From IMG/VR virus record IMGVR_UViG_3300033463_000020: a DNA stretch of 64,000 nucleotides; one strand, written 5' to 3'. The notes under the pieces were generated by a model. It did not search any database, was not told where the DNA came from, and was given only the letters and a program-made list of their open reading frames with translations. This DNA comes from a virus. Taxonomy: Duplodnaviria > Caudoviricetes. The position numbers were made by a program, and so were the translations under genes. Shown in pieces: positions 28,755 to 41,774 of this stretch. How positions within the stretch are numbered: position 1 is the stretch's first letter; every line of letters starts with the position of its first letter.

Positions 28755-29125
28755 GGCCATTGTAGCATTAAAGGCCTCGATTCTAATTGGTGGATAGGGA
28801 ATTAAAGCAGTCCACCCCGGCAAGCAGAGAGATAACCGTTGCTACGCGGAAAGCGCTCCCTAGTCTGCATCAAATTGCTGGCAACCTCAGGTGCGCTCCT
28901 GAGATTGGTCCATACAACGGTAGACAAGCATTGAAAGTCAGGAAGAAAATAACAGCGGGATCTAAAGTTGGGACACATTGAGATCCACCTTAACAGGGTT
29001 AGATGACCCAGTACCAAGGAAGTGCACCCCAAGCCCGCCCCGTGTGATTGAGCCGACGCGCACGGCAACTGCACACCCGGTGTATGATTTAGCGCAATTT
29101 TTATTGGCCAATGGAGGACACAAAC

Positions 29126-29404
29126 ATGGATGATCGTTGGTTTTTGATTGAGTTGCAGAACCGGCCGGATGGAATTACCAATTCCACCATAAACAGTTAC
29201 AGCACTCAGCAAACCACCCGCGCGATGTTTTATCAGCGTTGTGCTGCGGCATGCAGCAGCCAGCAGTTTGTTACTGTTTCGCTGATCATCGTGGATTCAC
29301 ACGGGAACATTATCGAAGACAAAGAGTTGATGACTTCTTATGTTCCCCCGGAACCCGAGCCCGAACCTGAGCCGGAGCCGGAACCGGAACCCGATCCGGA
29401 ATAA
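29126..29404 (+). CDS. Small protein with (PE)n tail, paralogue of 60801-61055
   Basis: RBS GGAGG; LIELQ.RPDG..NS.I..YST...MFYQRCAAA shared with the paralogue. Confidence 0.75.
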   Translation: MDDRWFLIELQNRPDGITNSTINSYSTQQTTRAMFYQRCAAACSSQQFVTVSLIIVDSHGNIIEDKELMTSYVPPEPEPEPEPEPEPEPDPE

Positions 29405-29446
29405 TAATCTATTGCAGAGTAGCGGACGTTTCCGCTCTCTGCTCAT

Positions 29447-29531
29447 GTCGGAATGGTGAAATGGCAGCCACGCGAGATTTAGGATCTCGTTCCGAGAAGG
29501 AGTGCAGGTTCAAGTCCTGTTTCCGACACCA
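29447..29531 (+). tRNA. tRNA-Leu(UAG)
   Basis: CGAGA-TTTAGGA-TCTCG arm, long variable arm, A73, CCA. Confidence 0.93.
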
Positions 29532-29585
29532 AAAAAACATATTATAAAATAGTGCTTTTATTTGGCACGGAAGGAAGGGTAAACA

Positions 29586-29909
29586 ATGAAAATTATTGAA
29601 ACAGCTAATGGACAGCAGCAGGTGGTGGGAGTTTCGGAGTGCGAACTCCGTGAAACCAGTGATGGCCTCATTTGGGCGCCCTGCCTTTCGGCCCGGGACT
29701 ATGCGGAGATTTGTGAGATTGCACCGCATGATACACAGGCTCCGGCACGAGCCGCAATGTCCACAGAAGAATACGTCGCCAGTTTAGACGACCGTGAAAT
29801 ACAGGCGCAGGCAACTTATGCCGCATATCTCAGTGAAAAGATTGCGGATGGTGAGGCCCTCCAGGCCTTTCTGAGTACGCAAGGAGGAGGCATGTATGTC
29901 AGAAGCTAA
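29586..29909 (+). CDS. Hypothetical protein
   Basis: RBS present; overlaps the next gene. Confidence 0.6.
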   Translation: MKIIETANGQQQVVGVSECELRETSDGLIWAPCLSARDYAEICEIAPHDTQAPARAAMSTEEYVASLDDREIQAQATYAAYLSEKIADGEALQAFLSTQGGGMYVRS

Positions 29910-32900
29910 TAAGTAGTATTAGGTTAATTCGAACGATCTTATCACCGTTGCCGACGCCATTCGCTTGCGGACGGGAGAGACGCGCGATTTGATCTTCCCC
30001 GACGAATTCGTCGTGGGCATTAATAGTATAGCCGGCACATGGCGGCCAATCCATGTAAATGGTACCGAAATTTTATCGACAGATCCGGCTAGCGGTTTTT
30101 TGAATCTCAAGATCGCTTCCGGATCTGTTAATATATTGGGCATTACCGCCACCTCTGCAACTGGAGGACAGAATGCCGAATTTGGGATTCGTGTCAATCC
30201 TACTTATTTCTCCTCCGACGCTTAGAACGGGCTCAGCCTGGCAAATTCATGGATTTCGACGCTCGTCACGAATCCTATGCAGGCCGCGAATGACCTGATC
30301 GTCGGTGGCACGTCGGGGGCTCCCACTCGTTTGGCGGGTGGCTCCGTCGGCCAGGTACTGGGGATTGACTCCAACGGCAACATAGGATGGCTTAGTGAAG
30401 CTCATACGGGCACCGTTACTTCGGTAACGCTAACCTAGGGTGCCGGTATCACGGTGTCGGACTCTGGGGTGGCGATTACCTCGTCTGGCACACGCGAGAT
30501 TAGCTTAAATATCGCTAGTACATCCGCGTTGGGCGGCATAAGAGTTGGCGAGGGGTTGATGGCGACCGCTGCCGGTGTGCTAAGCATTGATTCTACGACA
30601 GCCACAGAAGGTGACGTATTCATTCGGGACACCGACGGTTTTGCGTGGACTCATCAGTATACTGCATACAATACATCGTCGATTCCCTGGGGTAAGGTCA
30701 ATACCACATCGACCTCGACACTCTTCACCGCGACGGTGCCGGGTGTTTCAGCATATCGCGATGGAGTCTCTTTCTGGCTTAAGAACGGAGTCGTAACTTC
30801 GGCCTCTGGGTTTACAATCAATATTAATGGTTTGGGTGCCAAAAAGGTTTATTCCAACATGGCCCCTACGACGCGTGATACAACCATTTTTAATATTAAC
30901 TACACGATGTTATTCGTGTACGACGCTGCGCTTGATGATGGAGCTGGCGCTTTTGTTTGCTACCGAGGTTATGATGCCAACACTAACACCATTGGTTATC
31001 AGATTCGTACGGGCGGCTCAGCTTTGGTAGCGCAAGCTAAGTTTTACCGCTATCGTTTGCTATTCACATCAGCTGATGGAACGCAATGGGTGCCGGCGAA
31101 TACTAGCACTTCAACGAATGCCACTGCTGTACGTGCTGTTAACCAGTCGCCCATAGATCCTTTTGGGGCAATTGTCTGGTATGGCACGACGACGGCGGTC
31201 GAAGCCAACGCCGTTCCCAGTACCTCGTATTTATGGCAGCAAATGTATGGTAGCTCGACGTTGATCGGGTATTCTTTCAACAGAACAGGTGCGGCAGCGA
31301 CGATGACAGCGCACTTGCCAATTTATATTAAATGCGCGCCGTAGTCTGACGGATCGGCGATCATTGATGCCGATACACCATATGTGCAGACGTTGCCCGC
31401 CACTGACGATGGTAAGATCTATATCATGCTAGGCCGGGCAGTCGACGCGACACATTTTGAAATTCTATTGAACCACCCGGTCTACACGCACGTGAATGGG
31501 CATGTTCAATTGTGGACACCCTATGCAGCGATCGCTGGCAGCGCCGGTGCAGCAACCAGTGCCATCTATGATGGCGGCTTAAATCCATAGCAAAAAATCT
31601 CAGAATGGTATGGGCATAGCATATCAGTTAGCGGTCACACTTTGACCCTGGAGGATGCGAATGGCGATGAGTTAAACGCTATTACATTACCAGATGACAA
31701 TACAACCTATACCTTAGGTACGGGGCCACAGACTGTCACCTTGACTCCCAGTAGTGGTTCGGTGCAGAGTATTACCGTACCCTACGCCACCAGTGCATTA
31801 AATGACGATGGTGGAAATTAGATCACAACTCATTACGGCCATATATTAATAACCAATGGTAATACCGTCGGTTTAGAGGATGGCAACGGTGATGAAATTA
31901 CGGGTAGTTTTATCACGGTACCATACGCCACCAGTGCCGGAAGCGCCAGCAGTGCAACCAGCGCGATATATGATGGTGGTCTGAACCCCACTCAAAAAAT
32001 CTCAGAGTGGTACGGACACTCGTTATCATTGAGTAATGGCGTTCTCGCGCTAGAGGACGCAAACGGGGACAGTTTAAGTACTGTGACGTTACCCGAAGGC
32101 GTGACGTATACACTTGGCACGTCGGGCAACAACGTAACCCTTACTCCAAGTACGGGATCGGTGCAGAGTATCACCGTGCCGTACGCTACTAAAGCCTTGG
32201 GCGACGATGGTGGAAATTAGATCAGCACTTATTATGGGCACAAGTTAATAATTTCAGGGAATACCCTGGGGCTCGAAGATGGTAACGGTGATGAGATCAC
32301 CGGTAGTTTTGTCACAGTGCCATATGCCACGGCGGCTGGATCTGTCGCTTGGGCTAATGTGTCCGGACACGCCGCCGGCGTGAAGGACGATCTGGGAATT
32401 GCAGCCTCTGGCACTACATTCTTGCGCAAAGATGGAACATGGGCTACACCCACTGATACGAATACTACATACAGTTTATCGGGGGCCCTGGGGTCACATA
32501 AATTTACAACCACATTAACGGCGACCAATCCCTCGGGAACCAGTACGTCGGTCATTGAGTTCGTCGCGGGTAGTAATGTCACTTTAACGGATGACACCAC
32601 CAATAAGAAGATCACAATTGCCGCGACAGACACTACTTATACGCTGGGAACGGGCGTCAATACGGTTACACTTACTCCCAGCTCGGGGAGTGCGCAAAGT
32701 ATTACTGTACCGTATGCTACGGCAGCGCGGAATGACGACGGGGGCAATTAGATTTCTGCCACGTACGGCCACTCTCTCGTGGTCAGCGGGACTACCGTTG
32801 GTTTAGAAGATGGCAACGGAGATGAAATTACTGGCAGTTTCGTTACTGTACCCTATGCATCTTCCGCTGGTTCAGTGGCCTGGGATAATGTATCGGGACA

Positions 32901-35900
32901 CCTCGCTGGAGTTAAGGCAGATCTGGGCATTGAATCTAGCGGGTCTACTTTCTTACGTAAAGATGGTACCTGGGCGACGCCGACCGATACTAATACTACC
33001 TATGCGATTTCTGGTGCGCTGGCGAGCCACAAGTTCACCACGACTCTAACTGCCACGAACCCATCGGGTACCAGTACCGCTGCTATTGAATTTGTAGCGG
33101 GCAGTAATGTGACCCTGACAGACGATACGACCAATAAGAAAATCACTATTGCGTCCGCGAATACCACTTATACGTTGGGTGTGGGAACCAACACAGTCAC
33201 ACTCACGCCAAGTTCTGGCAGTGTACAGACGATTACAGTACCTTATGCCACCAATGCTCGGAACGATGATGGGGGCAATTAGATTAGTACCACCTATGCT
33301 CACTCTTTAATAGTTAGTGGTAATACGGTGGGGCTGGAAGATGGCAATGGCGACGAAATTACTGGCAGCTTTGTGACGGTTCCTTATGCCTCTTCTGCTG
33401 GTTCTGTCGCGTGGGCCAATGTTGATGGGCACCTCGCTGGTGTGAAGGCAGATTTAGGTATCGAGTCTACAGGATCAACATTTTTACGCAAAGATGGTAC
33501 CTGGGCCACGCCAGCTAATACTACATATACGCTTTCGCATCCTGCAGATACGTATAACCTGGTCTTAAGTGCTGGGGGCACCGCCCAAGACACTATTACG
33601 TTGGGCGCAAATGCTTGGAATAGCACTGCCATCCCCACCGTTTATATTAAGAGCGCTGCGGTAAGTGGCAGTACGTTGACCTTGACCAAGTCGGACAACA
33701 CGACTGTTACATTTTCTGACACGGACCTAAATACGTGGCGTCCGATTAAGTATGGATCAACGACGCTTAATGATACGGCAACAACATTAGAGTTTGTGGC
33801 TGGCAGCAATGTGGGGTTATCTTTCAGTAGCGGCAAGCTAACGATCAGCAGCAGCTATACCAATACGACGTATACGTTGGGGACCAGTGGTAATACAGTT
33901 ACGCTGACACCGAGCTCCGGGAGCGTGCAGAGCATCACTGTGCCCTATGCAACTAAGGCTCTTGGCGACGATGGCGGGCATCAAATCAGTACTCATTATG
34001 GCCATCTTTTAGTTATCAGCGGCAACACTATTGGATTAGAGGACGGTAACGGCGATGAAATCACAGGTAGTTTCATTACTGTTCCTTATGCAACTGCTGC
34101 TAACACCGCGACCACTGCAGATAGCGCAAATTCTGTTGCGTGGGCTAACGTGTCTGGCCATGCCGCTGGAGTCAAAGCAGACATTGGTATCGCGACCACT
34201 GGCACTACCTTCTTACGCAAGGACGGTACCTGGGCAACCCCAACAGACACTAATACGACATACGCTATTTCGGGCGCTCTTTCGAGCCATAAATTTACCA
34301 CAACTTTAACAGCAACCAACCCTTCGGGCACAAGTACTACCAGTCTGGAGTTGGTCGCCGGTACGAACATTACACTAACCGACGACACCACCAACCGGAA
34401 GATCACGATCGCATCCGCTAATACCACATATACCTTAGGAACGAACGGAAACTCTGTGACTTTAACGCCCAGTTCTGGATCCGTACAGAGTATTACAGTT
34501 CCCTATGCCACCAACGCAAAAAATGACGACGGAGGCAACTAGATTTCTACAACTTACGGGCACGCACTGATAGTTAGTGGAAACACTGTGGGGCTCGAAG
34601 ACGGAAATGGCGATGAGATCACAGGCAGTTTTGTAACTGTTCCCTATGCTACTGCCGCGGGATCGGTTGACTGGGCAAACGTTAATGGTCATGCCGCCGG
34701 GGTAAAAGCCGATTTGGGCATTGCATCTTCAGGCGCGACTTTCTTGCGCAAGGATGGACAATGGGCGACGCCCGCAAATACGACTTATACTCTAACGCAT
34801 CCGACCAATACTTACAATCTTGTCCTAAATGCTGGCGGGACCGCGCAAGACACGATTACGCTGGGGGCGAATGCGTGGAACAGCACCGCGATTCCTACAG
34901 TCTATATCAAGAGTGCATCTGTAAGTGGGAGCACCTTAACTTTAACCAAATCCGACGATACGACAGTCACCTTTTCAGACACCGATCTGAATACCTGGCG
35001 GCCAATCAAATACGGCTCCACCACGCTCAATGACAAGACTACGACGCTGGAGTTTGTAGCCGGCAGTAATGTTGGGCTATCTTTTAGCTCAGGCAAACTA
35101 ACTATTTCTAGTAGCTATACTAACACCACCTATACGTTGGGCACCAACGGGAATACCGTGACGCTGACACCGAGCTCTGGCTCTGTACAAAGTATTACTG
35201 TTCCATACGCCACCAAGGCTTTAGGGGATGACGCCGGCAATCAGATTACGACAACTTATGGTCACGCTTTGGTTGTTAGTGGGAATACCGTAGGCTTGGA
35301 AGATGGCAACGGAGATAGTATTACAGGTAGTTTTATCACAGTCCCCTATGCAACGGCCGCGGGTAGTGCAACGACAGCAACAACGGCTGACACTGCTAAT
35401 TCTGTCGCATGGGCAAACGTGTCGGGGCATGCGGCCGGAGTCAAAGCCGACATTGGCATTGCCACCAGCGGAAGCACTTTTTTACGGAAAGACGGACAGT
35501 GGGCGACACCAACCGATACTAATACTACGTATAGTCTTTCTGGTGCCCTCTCAAGCCATAAGTTCACCACGACCCTTACGGCCACGAACCCGTCCGGGAC
35601 GAGTACTTCAGCAATTGAATTTGTGGCTGGGGGCAACATCACGTTAACCGATGACACGACTAATAAGAAAATCACCATTGCCGCCACCGATACCACATAC
35701 ACGTTTTCGGCCCCCTTATCAAAGAACAGCTCTAATGTTGTTAGTTTGTCCCTGGGTACCGGACTAACTACTTCTAGCAACGCGCTAGTGGTTGATTCTG
35801 GATGGTTGGAGGATGAGATTTCCGATGCTTTGACGGGTTATGTGACGGGCAGTGGCACTAGCGGGTATTTAGCCAAGTGGAATGGCAGCGGGTCGCTTAC

Positions 35901-36213
35901 CAACGGCCCATAGCTGGGAAGTTCCACCACAACTTATTTACGCAACGATGGTACTTGGGCAACTCCCACGGATACGAATAATGCGGTAACGCAAACCGCT
36001 ACCACCACCAATGCAACGTATGAGGTTTTGTTTAGTAATACTGCGGACAATACCACACGCACCGAGGGGGCGCGGAAAAATAGTAACCTGTTATTCAATC
36101 CTTCGACGGGTACAATGAGCACTGTGATCTATACCATGATGGTGGGCACCACAGCCAAAGCACGTATGAACTATGATAATACTGTCGAGGCAATTAAATT
36201 TACATTTGTGTGA
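29896..36213 (+). CDS. Giant (2105 aa) repetitive tail-fibre-like protein; TAG=Gln
   Basis: RBS AGGAGG; nine same-frame ORF pieces joined only by TAG; T/S/G-rich repeats (TYTLGT..VTLTPSSGSVQSITVPYAT, DDGGNQI, FLRKDGTWATP). Confidence 0.85.
31700..35700 (+). repeat. Intragenic modular protein repeats (7 DDGGNQ modules) with diverged codons
   Basis: Amino-acid modules are near-identical while third codon positions differ heavily between copies. Confidence 0.85.
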
Positions 36214-36225
36214 GAGAGGTGGAAC

Positions 36226-37965
36226 ATGGCTTTAAAAATTTGGATGCCATTTGTTAATGATACTGAAAATTAGGGCTTGTGTTCCACCGCCACGCTGTAG
36301 AAAACCGTCGACGCCTATACCGCATAGACCGACGGTAAACTGGGGGGTGCCTATTCCGGCTATAGTTTATACCACGCCAGCGAGGAATTCCTGGGCAATC
36401 AATGGAGTGTGGCAGCTTGGGTGAATGCGGTCTCCTTCGGGTAGTATAACAATATTATTTTTTGTAAAAATATTAGTAGTAGTACCGATTGCCACATTTA
36501 TTGGTCTGTAATTTCGAACAATACTTACAATATTGGGGTGAACGGTCCGAGCGGAACTACGACATGTTCCTATACATTCGCCACCAATACCTGGTATCAT
36601 CTTGCTACAACTTATGATGGATCACGCATTAAAATGTATATTAATGGGGGCCTAGTGAAAGATGTGGCTTATGCTTCTACGCAACCAACTGGTTGTTTAA
36701 ACTTCGGCTTAGGTGCCCGCTCCAGTAACGCGGCGGGCACCAGTGCCACGGCTGCGGGTAACTGGAAGTTCAATGATTTCCGGCTATATGATACGGCAAT
36801 CTCAGCCAAAGAGGTAGAAGAGCTGGCACGCGGTTTGGTGCTGCACTATAAGTTAGACGGCGGTATCATGCGGGGTTAGAATCTAATTGCTAACAGCAAA
36901 CTAGATGCCACGTGGCCGTTTCCGACCTCATCATACTCGGATAAATATTCCCCGACCACTCTTTCTGTACCGACAGGGGACGTGTACACGCTGTCATTTG
37001 ACGCAAAATCTACTGTTGCGGGCGACGTTATTAGAACGCATTACTATAGCCCCAACACTACTACAACCTGTATCTCTAGCCAAGGAACTACGCGCACGGC
37101 CAGCGATGGCTATATGACTTTCACCTTATCGAAGGAGTGGCAAAGGTACTGGGTGACATATTATTAGACAACGACAACTGCGGTTAAACATATTATTTGT
37201 CCCCGACTTATGAGCGGTGAGGGCACAGGATCTGTATCGATAAAAAACGTGAAATTTGAAGAGGGGAAAACGGCTACTGCGTGGTCTCCGGCGCCATCGG
37301 ATGCCTTATATGATACGGCCTATAGCAGTAGAGTGTGTGATTGTTCAGGCTATAAGCATCACGGCAGTATTGTCAACACTTTGGCTACTAGTTCCAATAC
37401 GCCGCGTTATACTGCTTCAATCAAAATACCCGCAGCTTCTAGCGGTGTCAAATTGTCCAATTTTTCTATCGGTAATGTTTGGTCCATGGGGTGTTGGTTT
37501 TACTACCCATCGAAGGACAATACGGGTTGGAAAGCGCTCGTTATTTTAAACAATAATGGCGGTGATGCCGATTTATAGTTTGGGAATTTTATTAACTGTA
37601 GCGGAACCAACTTGCAATATAGCGCCAATGGTAAGTATACCACGAGTGTCAGTTTCACCTATGGAACGTGGAACCATGTTTTCAATACCTATGATGGTAC
37701 CGTTTTGCGGTGCTATCTGAATGGCCAATACCAAACGTCGGTCACTCCAGGGCAAACCTTGTTGCGATCGAACTTGGGGATTGGTTTTAAAAGCTCCGCC
37801 ACTGATTTCAGCACCTATGGGAATTCGGCGACGAATGCCCAAATCAGCGATGTGCGTATCTATGCAACCGCTTTGAGCGACAAACAAGTGTTGGAGTTAT
37901 ACAATGAAAGTGCGGCAATTGACCGTTCTGGCACATATTATACAAGGGAGGTGATTGAACAATGA
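36226..37965 (+). CDS. LamG/concanavalin-A domain tail protein; TAG=Gln
   Basis: MALKIWMP...N(Q)G start; two WYHLA.TYDG..K.YING...DFRLYD.A LamG domains plus a CBM-like middle region. Confidence 0.85.
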
Positions 37966-38543
37966 ATGGTTTGGATATAACGCGTACTGGCCTTTCTTGT
38001 GCCAATCGCTTCCAAGAACTATATGAAGACCAGGATGGCAATAGGTTTATGATGCTACTCTGGCATGATAATAAATAGGGTAATCAATTGTTTACCCAAT
38101 CGAATGCTACGAATAATGAAGAGCCGGGCCTATTCTCGCGGTTATATTTACTCGAGAGTGCGCCCGCGCTCTTCCAAACAAGTGGCGCTTTCGAATTCAT
38201 CGCCTTTATGCCCGACGATAATGATCTGATCTATCGGTGGAAACAAACCTCCAATCCGATGACAACGACCAGCGTATCGGGATTTACAAATATCTCGAAT
38301 AGTACTGCCGGGCTGTCAAAATATAATAGTAACACATATTTGCGCACGCAGGCCACATGGTGGGGGGCGGTTGGATGTTGGACCGCATACACACAAGGTG
38401 GCCGCCGTGGTATCCCCGGCTTCGGAGGAAATAGCGACGCCAATGTGTGTACGGGTTTAATGTTGTTATTCGCGAAAATTAATGAGAAGTCTGTAATGGA
38501 CTTTCCTACATTATTACTTGCCAATGATTTTCAAGAATATTGA
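37962..38543 (+). CDS. Tail-associated protein (1 in-frame TAG)
   Basis: ATGA overlap; RWKQTSNP and WWGAVG motifs. Confidence 0.65.
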
Positions 38544-38545
38544 AG

Positions 38546-38574
38546 TTGACTTTTTGGGCACATGCCCTTATAAT
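38546..38574 (+). promoter_or_regulatory. sigma70-type promoter
   Basis: TTGACT-17bp-TATAAT. Confidence 0.7.
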
Positions 38575-38600
38575 ATAATAAAAAAGGAGGAAGTGGCACA

Positions 38601-41123
38601 ATGGCATAGTTAAAAGATTTAATGGTTTATGGCGATGCCAAATTTTTAGCAAATGCCATGTTAGACCATGATCCCACCCTTAACCTTGAGGCTGCAACGA
38701 AACATTATGTGGACTAGGCGGTTGCTGGTACCATCACCGGATCGGGTACTAACGGGTATTTGACCAAATGGAGCGGCGGTAGCTCTATCACGAATGGGCC
38801 ATAGTTGGGCTCCAGTACGACAACCTATTTGCGGAATGACGGCAGTTGGGCTACGCCGCCCAATACCACCTATACATTGGGCACGGGGACAAAAACGGTC
38901 ACCTTAACGCCGAGCCCCGGATCAGAGCAGAGCATTACCGTACCTTACGCCACAAGTGCTCGGAATGATGACGGCAACAATTAGATTAGTACCACATATG
39001 GACACAGTTTATTGCTTAGTGGCGGCAAGCTTAGCTTAGAGGACGGTAACGGTGATGAAATTTCGGGTAGTGGGGTCACCATTCCGGGTTGGCGACCAGT
39101 TAGTCCACGTGATTTTACGAATGGCACGCTAATCAAAACCAGCATTAATTATGCGGTATCCGACGGCGCGGCGTTTTATTTGCACATTTTAAGTGATGGA
39201 TACGGCACTGCTGACATCGATACTGTGGCAACAGGATATATTTATAGTAGTAGTTACCTATACGCCACTGGTATCACCAATTATGGGCGTTAGATTCTCC
39301 CCGAATTAAAAGCCATGAATATCGACGGTAATTTATGTTTCTGGTTTGCGCGCATTGGCTACTGGCAGTCTTTTGCATGCGAGTGTTATTCGGCGAGTTC
39401 AGGAAATTATAATTCGAATTTAGTCACTGAGGTGAGTAATTCGGCTGACCCCTCATCCTCTGCTACCAAAGTGGTGGTGCTAGGGACGGGGGGGTCATCT
39501 CCCAAGGGCATTAATAAAAGCGTATTTGCTCATTCTGCAGGGTCGCAAACTACTAATTATTTGACAAAATGGTCTGCTGGTAATACCATTACTGATGCTG
39601 CGGCCTATGACACTGCTGCGAGTAATAGTACAATAGCGCAACGCACTGCTAACGGCTATTTATATGCTACTTACTTCAATAATTCTAATTCAGCAGTAAA
39701 CATCGCGAGTTACACCGTACGAGGGGTTAATTTTACTTCTTCTGATGGCTTCGTCCGCAATACACCTAAAGCCAACTTTACTAGTTGGCTAGGACTCGGA
39801 GAACTTGCTTATCTCAGCGGTACGAGCGGTAACGAAAATAAATATTTAATATTTGATGGCTCTAGCGAATATAGCTGGGGCGACGTGAAGAGTTTAACGG
39901 GTTGGTCAGCTCTTTCTACAACAACCGCAGTTAATGATTTTATGACTGGCAACACTCTTAAATTTGCCGAAGTTAAATCTTATACTACTGCCGCGCTTGA
40001 TGGCAACGACGGAGTACTACTTTCTGTTGGATATCCAGGGACTACCAATGGTTATGGTATGCAAATACTTATGGATGATAATAACGCAAAAACCACCATA
40101 TATGCGCGCGGTCGTAAGGCAACCAACTATGACACATGGCGGAAAATCGCTCATAGCGGCAATCTAACATTAAGTATTAGTAGTAATAATTTATCATTAA
40201 AAGTAGATGGCACAACAGTGTCTACTGTGACACTACCGAACACCTGTTTAGCCGAAGGCACAAAGATTTTAATGGCTAACCATACAGAAAAGAATGTCGA
40301 AGATATAGCAGCAGGAGATTCTATTCTTTCATATGATCCTAATACAAATTAGCTGATTGAGGCTATAGTAGTAGGCAATTATGAAACAGGAGTTTCTGAT
40401 GATTTTGTTAATTATTATTTTGACGATGGTTCTTTTGTGACTATTTTTGGCAAGCATTGTTTGTATAGCGTTACTGAAGGAACAGCACGTGGTGTAGATT
40501 TTTGGGAGCCAGGCTGGGAAAGCATTAACGATAAAGGAGAAACAATTACCTACATTGGCTCTGAAGATATTCATAATGCTGGTCGTAAACGTCACTTCGA
40601 CCTTCACAGTTCCAACAAATTATATTTCGCGAACGGTATCCTGAATGCCCAGTCGCTGACTCTCGACTATCCGTTGTATAAAGACGGCGAACTTCCTAAA
40701 GAATTCATCGCCGCTCTTAAGGCTGACTTTGATTCTTCGGCGAATCTCCACACGCATCAGTTCGATAAGAAGACTGGCTCTATTCTCGCCCCTATCCTCA
40801 AAGAGCTCAAAGTTCAGAAGAAGGTTATGGACGACAACAAGAAGCTTCTTGCCGATTCTGATTACCTGGTCGCGAAATTCACCGAGGGGCTTATCAGCGC
40901 CGCTGAGTGGCTCAAGGCGAAAGCTGAACGCGCGGGCTGGAGAAGTGCTGTCAACAAAGCAGAACCTCTGTACGCCGCGGCTCAGGAGCGTTATGAGGCG
41001 TTTAAAGCCAAGTATGCACCGACCAACACAAAGCGCGAAAGATTCAACGCAGCCGTCGCGCGAGACAACGCTTGCCTAGGCGCGCTGAAGGCTTATTACA
41101 AATCAAAGAACGAATTAAAATAA
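38601..41123 (+). CDS. Tail fibre protein with Hint (intein-like) domain and C-terminal chaperone-like domain; TAG=Gln
   Basis: RBS AGGAGG; MA(Q)LKDLMVYG start. The joined frame includes CLAEGTKILMA..TEKNVEDI..GD.ILSYD...LYFANGIL. Confidence 0.82.
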
Positions 41124-41219
41124 GAAATCGTAAAACTCTTCGCAGCGACCGAAATAAAAACACCATTTTATCTTATAATATTGCCCCCTTTTAGGGCGAT
41201 CATTAATTCAAAAATTCAC

Positions 41220-41241
41220 GGGGGCGGTTCATTCCGCCCCC
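41220..41241 (+). terminator. GC hairpin after the fibre gene
   Basis: GGGGGCGG-TTCATT-CCGCCCCC; lacks a clear U tract. Confidence 0.4.
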
Positions 41242-41266
41242 GATCCCATGAACGGAGGAAAAAACC

Positions 41267-41482
41267 ATGGCACAACGAATGGAAAACGAACCCAATCACA
41301 TTTTGGTAGAATCTTCACATCGCGCGCAGGCCGAAGACAGGTTGTGGTATGTAATGGACGACAACGACCTCGACACACTGAAGTCGGAGCAGACGGTTTA
41401 TTTTGGAGACAAAGCCTATGTGATCAAAGCGCAAAAATTCTACATTATGGGTAACGACGACACTTGGTATGAATTGCCCTAA
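41267..41482 (+). CDS. Hypothetical protein
   Basis: RBS GGAGG; G.KAYVI....YIM..D..W motif of small virion proteins. Confidence 0.65.
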   Translation: MAQRMENEPNHILVESSHRAQAEDRLWYVMDDNDLDTLKSEQTVYFGDKAYVIKAQKFYIMGNDDTWYELP

Positions 41483-41493
41483 GGAGGGCTAAA

Positions 41494-41727
41494 ATGGGAA
41501 TGGATTTTAGACGTCCCAACTATGTAACGGGATTTCGCTGGGGCAAAGCCCTAATTTGGGCTGCTAATGAAAGCGGCGGCAAAGGGAGACCAAATCCGCT
41601 CGATGAACCAATTGCAGAATTAGTAACACCTTAGCCGCTATCTACTGCTGAGGGGGACAATACTTTAACAGTTGCCGCGGAAGTAGATGACATATCCTTG
41701 GATGACACGTCTGTGAAGCATAAATAA
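41494..41727 (+). CDS. Hypothetical protein (1 in-frame TAG)
   Basis: RBS AGGAGG; open under code 15. Confidence 0.55.
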
Positions 41728-41774
41728 TCTACGAATAGGCGTAATTCTTAATTTTAACCCGTGGAGGTTCCCGT

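Noticed and set aside
28870-28890. Group I intron P element (AAATTGCTGG)
   Set aside because: No Q/R/S elements and no interrupted host gene.
40245-40650. Canonical splicing intein / mobile homing element
   Set aside because: No endonuclease domain and no C-terminal His-Asn followed by Cys/Ser/Thr.
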